The notes beneath the pieces are model-generated. The model saw nothing but the letters and a program-made list of their open reading frames with translations, did not search any database and was not told the DNA's origin. From contig JBGTNI010000015.1 in assembly GCA_041743105.1 (NCBI GenBank), positions 5,667 to 69,666 on the forward strand: a DNA stretch of 64,000 nucleotides. The letters are read 5' to 3'. The position numbers and the translations under genes were made by a program. Of the stretch, positions 8,401 through 15,981 are shown piece after piece (within the stretch, counting starts at the first letter, position 1; each line of letters starts with the position of its first letter). This DNA is from Mycobacteriales bacterium (lineage in GTDB: Bacteria > Actinomycetota > Actinomycetes > Mycobacteriales > QHCE01).

Positions 8401-11400
8401 ACGCGCAACCCGAGTTCATCGGCGGTGTGCTGTGGTTGCGGATTGGCCGTCACCAAGTCGGTCGGCGGCTGCGATGAGAGCTCCACGGCGAGAACGGCCT
8501 GGGAGATGAGCTCGGAATGCTCGGCGACAGCCTGTGCCGTCTCCCCGTCAGCTTCCCACCACAGTCGGATGCGATCGGTGATCTGCAGGCCGAGATTCTT
8601 ACGTTCTTCCTGAATCAACCGGACGACTTCGCGTGCGATACCGGCACGCCGTAACTGCGGGGTCACCTCGGTATCGAGCGCCACTGTGACGCCGTGCTCG
8701 CTCACCACCGTCCAGCCGGTACGGGGTGTTTCGGTGATGAGCACCTCGTCCGGCGCTATGGTCACGACCTCACCGTCGACGTCTAAAGCCAGCTTGCCGG
8801 TCTCGCGCAGTGTCGTAGCCGCGGCTGCGGCTCCGTCACCAACCTCGGCGCCCGCAATCGCTGCCGCTACCTGCTGGGTCCGCGAACCGAATCGCCGGCC
8901 CAACTGACGGAAGTTGGGTTTGAGGGTCACGTCGATGAGCTCGCCTGCCTGTGCCAGGGGCGCGAGTGCGGTGACGTTGAGTTCTTCGAGCACGTGAGCG
9001 CGTAGCTCATCGCCGTAAGAGGTCGAGTCGAGCCGCTCCCAGCCGTCACCGGCCACCATCGCGCGCGCAAGCGGCTGGCGGGTTCGGATCTTGGCCGCGG
9101 TGCGCGCAGCGCGGCCTGCCTCGACCACGTGACGCACCAGCGCCATCTGCGAGCGCAGTTGCTCGTCACCGGGCCGGGGGGCGTAATCACTCCGCGCCGG
9201 CCAGGCAGCAAAGTGCACTGACTCGGGTGCTTGGGCATCGACGGGGCGGACGACGGCCTGCCACACGCGCTCGGTGATGAACGGTACGAACGGGGCCAGC
9301 AAGCGAGTTAGCACATCTAGGCATTCGTGCAATGTGGCCAGGCACGCTGGCTCGGCGGACCAAAACCGGTTGCGAGAGCGCCGCACGTACCAGTTGGAGA
9401 GCGCGTCGATGAACTGGCTCAGCCGTCGGCCCGCGCCGGCGGTGTCGTAGGTCTCCAACGCAACGCTCACGTCAGCGGCAGTGGCCCGCAGTTCGGCCAG
9501 CAGCCACCGGTCAAGCAACGGTCGCCGATCGGGTTCGGGTGTACCTGCCGGACTCCGAGCGTTACCCCACGTGGTGGTCGCGGCATACAGCGTGAAAAAG
9601 GAGGCGGTATGCCAATACGTCACCAGCGTCTTACGCGCCGTTTCGGAAAGCGCGTTGTGGCCGAGGCGTCTAGCCGCCCACGGCGAACCTGAGCAGAGCA
9701 TGAACCAGCGCAACACGTCGGCGCCGTGCTGCGCCATCAATGGCATGGGCTCCACGACGTTGCCCAGATGCTTACTCATCTTGCGGCCGTCTTCGGCCAG
9801 GATGTGGCCGAGGCAGACTACGTTCTCGTACGAGGAACGACCGAATACCGCAGTGCCCACCGCCATCAGCGAATAGAACCAGCCGCGAGTCTGGTCGATG
9901 GCCTCGCAGATGTACTGGGCCGGGTAGGCGCGCTCGAAGGCTTCGACGCTGCCCGGCACGTGCGGGTAACCCCACTGCGCGAACGGCATAGCGCCAGAGT
10001 CGTACCAGGCATCGATCACCTCGCGTATCCGCCGCGCGGTACCCGACCGCTTGGTAGCGAGCTGTCCAGGATCAGACTGCTCGGCCTCGCAGTGCCGGCA
10101 GTCGAAGGTGATCTCGTCGACATACGGGCGGTGCGGGTCGAGCGCGCTTAGGTCCTTGCCGGCCAGCGTACCGAGCTCGGCGCGGGAACCCACCACGGTG
10201 AGGTGCTCGTTCTCGCAACGCCAGATGGGCAACGGGGTCCCCCAGTAGCGCTCGCGCGAAACCGCCCAATCGACGTTGTTGTTCAGCCAATCGCCGTAAC
10301 GCCCGTGTTTGACTCGCTCGGGGTACCAGTTGGTGCGCTCGTTTTCGGCCAAGAGCGCGTCCTTGAGCCCGGTGGTGCGGATGTACCAAGCCTGCTGCGC
10401 GTAGTACATCAACGGCGTGTGGCAACGCCAGCAGTGCGGGTAGGAGTGCTGGTAGTCCTCGGCGCGAAACAACAGATTGCGTTCGATCAGGTCGGCGAGG
10501 ATGGGCTGGTCGGCATCCTTGAAGAAGAGCCCCCCGACGAGGGGCAGTTGTGGCTCGAACGTGCCATCGCTGCGGATCGGGTTGACCACCGGTAGGCCGT
10601 ACTCCCGACCAATGGCGAAGTCATCGGTACCGTAAGCCGGGTCCATGTGCACTAGGCCGGTCCCGTCTTCGGTGCTGACGACGCCAGAGAGCACCACAAA
10701 GTGAGAATCGCAGATGTCGACCCAGTCGAAAGGTCGCAGGTACCTGACGCGCTCTAATTCGCGACCCGTCGCCCGCTCGACGACCTGCCAACCCTCGCCG
10801 AGGGCTTTGACTACCAGTGGCTGCGCTACAACCACCGGACGTTCACCGTCCCGCGCGGCCAACACGTAGGTGACGTCAGGGTGTACGGCGACCATCGTGT
10901 TGGCTACCAACGTCCAGGGGGTGGTGGTCCAGACCAGCAGATCGGCCTGCCCGGCCCAGCGACCGCTGGCGATGGGGAATCGGACGTACACCGACGGGTC
11001 GGTGACGTCTTCGTAGCCTTGTGCCACTTCGTGGTCGGAGAGGCCCGTGCCGCAGCGCGGACAGTAGGGCGCCACCCGGTAATCCTGGCTAAGCAGACCG
11101 GCGCCGAAGATCTGCTTGAGCGACCACCACACGCTGTCGACGTACTCCGGCGACATGGTCTGGTAAGCGTTCTCCAGATCCACCCAGTACCCCATCCGGG
11201 TGGTCATCGCGACGAACTCATCGACGTGGCTCTGCACCGATACTCGGCAGCGCTCATTGAACTCGGCAATGCCGTATCGCTCGATATCAACCTTCCCGGA
11301 GAAACCGAGCTCTTTCTCGACCGCGATCTCCACCGGCAGGCCATGGCAGTCCCACCCCGCTTTGCGGGGCACGTAGTAGCCCTGCATTGTCTTGAGCCGC

Positions 11401-11681
11401 GGGAAGATGTCTTTGAAAGCGCGCGCCTCGACGTGATGGGTGCCCGGCTTTCCGTTGGCCGTAGGTGGACCTTCGTAGAACGTCCACCGGGGGCGGTGGC
11501 GGGAGGCCTCCACGCTGCGGTTGAACACGTCGCGGCGGTTCCAAAAGGCGAGAATCTCATCGTCGAGGGCTGGCAAATCGACATGCGGGGTAAGTGCGGA
11601 AAAGGGCGACGGCGACTCTAGCGGCGGGGAAGTCTGTGACGACTGCGAGGTCTGCTCATTGCGCTCTAATTCCTGGCTCAT
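8382..11681 (-). CDS. ileS: isoleucine--tRNA ligase
   Basis: 1099 aa. Class I HIGH region (PPTANGKPGTHH), KMSKH (KMSKS-type) motif, editing domain. Preceded by a T-box leader. Confidence 0.97.
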   Translation of the reverse strand: MSQELERNEQTSQSSQTSPPLESPSPFSALTPHVDLPALDDEILAFWNRRDVFNRSVEASRHRPRWTFYEGPPTANGKPGTHHVEARAFKDIFPRLKTMQGYYVPRKAGWDCHGLPVEIAVEKELGFSGKVDIERYGIAEFNERCRVSVQSHVDEFVAMTTRMGYWVDLENAYQTMSPEYVDSVWWSLKQIFGAGLLSQDYRVAPYCPRCGTGLSDHEVAQGYEDVTDPSVYVRFPIASGRWAGQADLLVWTTTPWTLVANTMVAVHPDVTYVLAARDGERPVVVAQPLVVKALGEGWQVVERATGRELERVRYLRPFDWVDICDSHFVVLSGVVSTEDGTGLVHMDPAYGTDDFAIGREYGLPVVNPIRSDGTFEPQLPLVGGLFFKDADQPILADLIERNLLFRAEDYQHSYPHCWRCHTPLMYYAQQAWYIRTTGLKDALLAENERTNWYPERVKHGRYGDWLNNNVDWAVSRERYWGTPLPIWRCENEHLTVVGSRAELGTLAGKDLSALDPHRPYVDEITFDCRHCEAEQSDPGQLATKRSGTARRIREVIDAWYDSGAMPFAQWGYPHVPGSVEAFERAYPAQYICEAIDQTRGWFYSLMAVGTAVFGRSSYENVVCLGHILAEDGRKMSKHLGNVVEPMPLMAQHGADVLRWFMLCSGSPWAARRLGHNALSETARKTLVTYWHTASFFTLYAATTTWGNARSPAGTPEPDRRPLLDRWLLAELRATAADVSVALETYDTAGAGRRLSQFIDALSNWYVRRSRNRFWSAEPACLATLHECLDVLTRLLAPFVPFITERVWQAVVRPVDAQAPESVHFAAWPARSDYAPRPGDEQLRSQMALVRHVVEAGRAARTAAKIRTRQPLARAMVAGDGWERLDSTSYGDELRAHVLEELNVTALAPLAQAGELIDVTLKPNFRQLGRRFGSRTQQVAAAIAGAEVGDGAAAAATTLRETGKLALDVDGEVVTIAPDEVLITETPRTGWTVVSEHGVTVALDTEVTPQLRRAGIAREVVRLIQEERKNLGLQITDRIRLWWEADGETAQAVAEHSELISQAVLAVELSSQPPTDLVTANPQPQHTADELGLRVWLAKA

Positions 11682-11687
11682 TCGGGG

Positions 11688-11960
11688 CTCCTAAAGGTAC
11701 ATGCGTAACTACTGAGCTGATCGTTGCTAAGCCCAGCGATTAGTAACACGTACGAGGACGAACTCCACTGTGCGAGTCCGCGGTACCACCCCGCTTGGTC
11801 ACAACCTCACGCATAGGAGCGCATGACGTGGCCCACTCTATGTACAGGCTGTGACGGGCCATCCCGTTCGGTTCTACTAGGACACCGTTCCCGAAGGGAA
11901 CAGCGACCGTTCTTCCGAAAGCTCCCCGGTGATTGCCGGATCGTCGCCGTTGCTGCGCCG
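11688..11960 (-). promoter_or_regulatory. T-box leader RNA upstream of ileS (tRNA-Ile sensing)
   Basis: Minus strand carries the conserved T-box core GGUGGUACCGCG (11779-11790). Candidate AUC specifier triplets at 11931-11933 (CAAUCACC) and 11939-11941 (CGAUCCGG). SD AGGAG at 11688-11692, 6 nt before the ATG. No GC hairpin plus U-run before the start codon. Confidence 0.75.
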
Positions 11961-12130
11961 CAGTTTCCGCACGCGTTGTTAGCTTAGCGTGGTCGCGCTT
12001 CGCCGTCCGTCCGGGTTTACCCACATTTCGCGGCAGCCTAGCGAGATCACGGTGACCGTACCGACCATCGCAGCCATCGACGACACGCAGCGCTACTCGG
12101 AGTGCTCGAAGATGCTGATCACCACCTGCT

Positions 12131-12622
12131 TCAGAAAGCGAACCGCGCCACGGTGGTCTGATAGTCGAACAGCTCGCCGTCGGAGAACCACAGCTCTACT
12201 TCGTACTTGGCCTCTTCGACGCTTCCCGATGCATGCACTAGGTTCGCCACGGCCGCCCCGTGGGCGACACTGTAATCCCTGGATTGATGGGCGAAGTCGC
12301 CGCGGATCGTACCGGGTGCGGCCTGATTCGGATAGGTAGAACCCACGAGTCGACGCACGTTAGCCACCACCTCGACACCTTCGGCGACCAGGGCGATGAC
12401 CGGACCTTGCTGCATGAATGTCGCCGTCGTCTCATAGACCGCCGAGCCGTGGCGCTGCTCCAGGTCGAAGTAGTGACGGCGAGCGAACTCGGCGTCCATC
12501 CACCGCATCTTAGCGCCGATCAGCTTGATGCCGGCTCGCTCGATGCGACCGATGACCTCACCCACGAGGCCTCGAGACACCGCGTCGGGTTTCAGCAGTA
12601 TCAGAGTGCGTTCTAGCTCCAT
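12131..12622 (-). CDS. ndk: nucleoside-diphosphate kinase (atypical variant)
   Basis: 163 aa. ERTLILLKPDAV, GPVIALVAEG, APGTIRGDF and an NLVH active-site His context. Carries an insertion and a C-terminal extension relative to textbook Ndk. Confidence 0.85.
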   Translation of the reverse strand: MELERTLILLKPDAVSRGLVGEVIGRIERAGIKLIGAKMRWMDAEFARRHYFDLEQRHGSAVYETTATFMQQGPVIALVAEGVEVVANVRRLVGSTYPNQAAPGTIRGDFAHQSRDYSVAHGAAVANLVHASGSVEEAKYEVELWFSDGELFDYQTTVARFAF

Positions 12623-12637
12623 GCCGCAGAGCGTAGC

Positions 12638-12803
12638 TTAGAGTGTCCGCCAATAGGTCGTTCGTAGCGAGGTGGTTCCTGGTCGAGGATGGCAAGGCGG
12701 AGAAGGAGTCCATGCTGGATGCATGGGCGACGACGACAACGCAGCCAGCCGAAGCGCCAGGGGGCGCCGCAGTAGAACAGTTACCTATTGGCGGACACTC
12801 TAA
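12638..12803. repeat. MITE/REP-like palindromic element, copy A (large variant)
   Basis: Perfect 21-bp terminal inverted repeats TTAGAGTGTCCGCCAATAGGT (12638-12658) / ACCTATTGGCGGACACTCTAA (12783-12803). The TIR core CCGCCAATAGG is shared with the other copies. Intergenic, between the DUF4233 gene stop and the ndk start. Confidence 0.7.
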
Positions 12804-12903
12804 GAGTGTTTCCGTCCACGAACTTGACAGAAACGCTAGTTGCCGGCTCAAAAACCGCAGAGCTGTGGAGGTCGTGAACAAACTCGCGGCGAACGCTACG
12901 AGG

Positions 12904-13305
12904 CTAGCCCGGCCCAAGCACACTGCGGCGTACCCGCAGCACATACGCCCAAATTCCTAAGAAAATCAAACCCAGCACCAGCAACGCCAGGTGGATGAAG
13001 CCTGCAACCACGATGGCCAGTTGGACTGCGATCCCCAGCTTCCAGCCCCAGGCGTGGCGCAGAGTTCCAGCCGTGACCGCTGTCAGCACCGCCAGTGCCC
13101 CCACGACGGTGAGTGCGACCGAATCCGAAGCCGAGCTCAGCTGCCGCATCGGTTGCAACGCCAACAGCAATACCAGCGTCTCCAGCAACAGCGTTCCCAT
13201 ACCGACACCGTGCACTGCCGCGGCGGGGTTACGCAGCCCAGATCGGTACGGCGTCTGGCCCGTGAGTTCCCGCCGCCGGTCGGAGTCTTGTGGCTGCTCG
13301 GTCAT
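12904..13305 (-). CDS. DUF4233-like small membrane protein
   Basis: 133 aa. Three or four hydrophobic helices (GTLLLETLVLLLALQPM...). ATGA overlap with the folC stop. Same position as the membrane protein downstream of folC in mycobacteria (from memory). Confidence 0.65.
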   Translation of the reverse strand: MTEQPQDSDRRRELTGQTPYRSGLRNPAAAVHGVGMGTLLLETLVLLLALQPMRQLSSASDSVALTVVGALAVLTAVTAGTLRHAWGWKLGIAVQLAIVVAGFIHLALLVLGLIFLGIWAYVLRVRRSVLGPG

Positions 13306-14696
13306 CGCAACAATCGTCGCGCATCGGCCGCGGTGACCACTGACCCGGTCACTAGCACACCGCCACTACCCGGCTCGCCTTCCTCGGCGATACGCGCCGC
13401 AGCGGCGAGGGCATCGTCGAGTCGCGGTGCCACTTCGACACGAGCAGGATCGAAGACCTCGACCGCGAGCTCGCCAAGTTCCTCGGCCCTCATGGAGCGA
13501 GGCGAGGAATTCTGCGTCACTATTATGTGGGCGGCCACAGGTTCCAGCAGCTCCAACATGCCGCGGGCATCTTTGTCGGCGGGAATGCTCAGCACGACAA
13601 CCAGACGCCGGAAGTTGAACGCCTCCGCTACGGCACCGAGCGTGGCACGTAAGCCGTGCGGATTGTGGGCCGCATCCACGAGAATCGCCGGCGCGGCACA
13701 GACGCGCTCCAGCCGACCCGGGGAGCTGACCTGCGCGAACGCCTGCGCGACAAGTTCGGCCGCCAGCGGTTTATCGGTGCCGGCCCCGAAAAATGCTTCG
13801 ACGGAAGCCAGCGCCACAGCTGCGTTCTGCGCCTGATGGGCACCGTGTAACGGCAGGTATATGTCGGGGTAGGTACCGCCCAAACCATGCAGCGTGATCT
13901 GCTGGCCGCCTACCGCCAAAGAACGGTCACCGACGCCGAACTCCACCCCCTCGCGAGCCACCGTGGCTTTCGCCTTGACGGCCTTGCTCAGCAGCGACGC
14001 GGCCGCGTCGACGGGCTGCGCCGCGCAGATCACCAGCGAGCCATCAGCGATGATCCCCGCCTTCTCGGCCGCGATCGCTGCGACTGTATCGCCGAGAAAC
14101 GCTTGATGGTCAAGCCCGATCGGGGTTATGACGGCGACACCAGCGTCGATGACATTGGTGGCATCCCAGGTGCCGCCAAGGCCCACCTCGACCACAGCGA
14201 CATCTACCGGCGCATCGGCGAAGGCTGCGAAAGCAAGCGCCGTTACGAATTCGAAGTAGGTCACGAGTTCACCGGGGTCGCCTGTAGAAGCGTCGCCTTT
14301 CGAAGTGTCGCCTCCCGGGGCGGGAACCCTAACCGCTGCGTTCCTAACTGCGCCTTCGAGGAGTTCAACGCAGGGCAGCACCTGGACGTATACCGCCCGC
14401 AACGCCGCGGGAGTAATCGGCTCGCCATCCAACGCGATGCGCTCAGTGACGCTGTCCAAGTGCGGACTGGTGTGCCGCCCGGTGTGTAGCCCGTGGGCAC
14501 GCAGCAAGGACTCAATCATCCGGCTGGTAGAGGTCTTGCCGTTGGTACCCGCGACGTGAATCGACGGGAATGCCCGGTGCGGATTGCCGAGGGCATCCAG
14601 CAGCTCACGGATCCGGCCAAGGCCGGGGACCATGCGGCCCGGACCGCGCTGAGCCAGCGCGGTTTCGACATCTGTCAACGGTTGTGCGGTAACCAT
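13302..14696 (-). CDS. folC: bifunctional folylpolyglutamate synthase/dihydrofolate synthase
   Basis: 464 aa. Mur-ligase P-loop HVAGTNGKTST, ITPIGLDH, DAAHNPHG. Confidence 0.93.
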   Translation of the reverse strand: MVTAQPLTDVETALAQRGPGRMVPGLGRIRELLDALGNPHRAFPSIHVAGTNGKTSTSRMIESLLRAHGLHTGRHTSPHLDSVTERIALDGEPITPAALRAVYVQVLPCVELLEGAVRNAAVRVPAPGGDTSKGDASTGDPGELVTYFEFVTALAFAAFADAPVDVAVVEVGLGGTWDATNVIDAGVAVITPIGLDHQAFLGDTVAAIAAEKAGIIADGSLVICAAQPVDAAASLLSKAVKAKATVAREGVEFGVGDRSLAVGGQQITLHGLGGTYPDIYLPLHGAHQAQNAAVALASVEAFFGAGTDKPLAAELVAQAFAQVSSPGRLERVCAAPAILVDAAHNPHGLRATLGAVAEAFNFRRLVVVLSIPADKDARGMLELLEPVAAHIIVTQNSSPRSMRAEELGELAVEVFDPARVEVAPRLDDALAAAARIAEEGEPGSGGVLVTGSVVTAADARRLLR

Positions 14697-14850
14697 TACC
14701 GCTGGTGGGGGGTCGGGAACATGTCGGTAACGCTAGTACGGCCGCCCGGTGATCTCCCGGCAGCCACCACAGATGTGACCCACGCCGCGTTACTGGTAAG
14801 TAGCCTCTGACCTGCTAGACAAGGCGACACCCTGGCTATGGTCCTCTGGG

Positions 14851-15981
14851 TTACCGATCGACCGCCTCACGATAGATTCGCTCGTAGCCCCGTGCCATCG
14901 CCTCGACGGAGAACAGCTGTTTGGCCCGTGCTCGGCACGCCGCCGGATCGATCTCTACTACCCGACGCAGGGCCTCGGCAAGTTCGTCAGTCCTACGACA
15001 GACCCAGCCCGTGATGCCGTCAGCAACCACTTCGGCGACCGCGCCCCGATTGAGGCCTACCACCGGAGTGCCGCATGCCGCGGCTTCGGCCAGCACCAAC
15101 CCGAACGGTTCGCGAAAACGAATCGGATGTAGCAAGCATCGGGCACGAGACATGAGCTCGATAATGCGCTCGTGGCCGGCGTTGGTCACCACTTCGACGT
15201 CGGAACCCAACAATGGCTCAATCACCAAGCTGAAATATGCCGCCTGCTTGGGCTCATCCAGACTTCCCGCCAGCACAAGCGGAAGTCCCGCCTCACGACA
15301 GGCGCTGATCGCCAAATCCGGCCCTTTCTCGACGATGAAGCGGCCCACCCACAGCACAAAATCGTCACGGGCCGCGGGATTACCGAGCCCGATGTCAGGA
15401 TGAGCGATGGTATCGATGCCGTTGTAAACGGTGCCCACCCAGTTGAGTTCTGGCCGGTCGTTGCGTTGTGCGTGCGATATCGATACCAAACTCGCGTTGT
15501 CCCCCAGCGCCTGGTAGTAGTCGCCCAACAGGGTGTATGAGTCCGATGAATCCTCACCGAGCACCGGATCGTGCACCGTGCACACGGTCGGTGTTTTCCC
15601 CAGCGGACCCAGTATCGGTCCGATCAGGGTGTGGTCGTGCACGATGTCAAACTCGGCGCTGTCGAACTGCGCCCCGGACAGCTGTGCGCCGGACAATAAC
15701 CGTCGCACCCTGGCCGCGTGGGCAAGCTCCGGGATGAGACTGACTCCGTGGTGAAGCTGTGGGACGGGATATGTGGCATGGAACCTCGCGTCGGTGCCGT
15801 TGCACCCCACCCCGATCAACGTAACGTCATGTCCACGATGGACTAATTCGTTGACAAGCGTGGCACAGATTCGCTCCACCCCACCATGACCGCGAGGAGG
15901 CACCTCGATCCACGGTCGACTGACAACCGCGATCCGCAGCGGGTCACCCTCACGCGACGCCAGAGCGCGGCGACTCGTCAC
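14851..15981 (-). CDS. glycosyltransferase, GT4 (GT-B fold) family
   Basis: 376 aa. N-terminal GGVERICATLVNELVHRGHDVTL and C-terminal EPFGLVLAEAAACGTPVV (E-x7-E type). GTGA overlap with the valS stop. Confidence 0.8.
   Translation of the reverse strand: MTSRRALASREGDPLRIAVVSRPWIEVPPRGHGGVERICATLVNELVHRGHDVTLIGVGCNGTDARFHATYPVPQLHHGVSLIPELAHAARVRRLLSGAQLSGAQFDSAEFDIVHDHTLIGPILGPLGKTPTVCTVHDPVLGEDSSDSYTLLGDYYQALGDNASLVSISHAQRNDRPELNWVGTVYNGIDTIAHPDIGLGNPAARDDFVLWVGRFIVEKGPDLAISACREAGLPLVLAGSLDEPKQAAYFSLVIEPLLGSDVEVVTNAGHERIIELMSRARCLLHPIRFREPFGLVLAEAAACGTPVVGLNRGAVAEVVADGITGWVCRRTDELAEALRRVVEIDPAACRARAKQLFSVEAMARGYERIYREAVDR

Noticed and set aside
10881-11621. 246-aa plus-strand ORF inside ileS, with similar antisense ORFs inside valS (16437-17369) and folC (12991-13836, 13887-14489)
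   Set aside because: They are antisense to unambiguous housekeeping genes and have no motifs. These are G+C-driven open frames.
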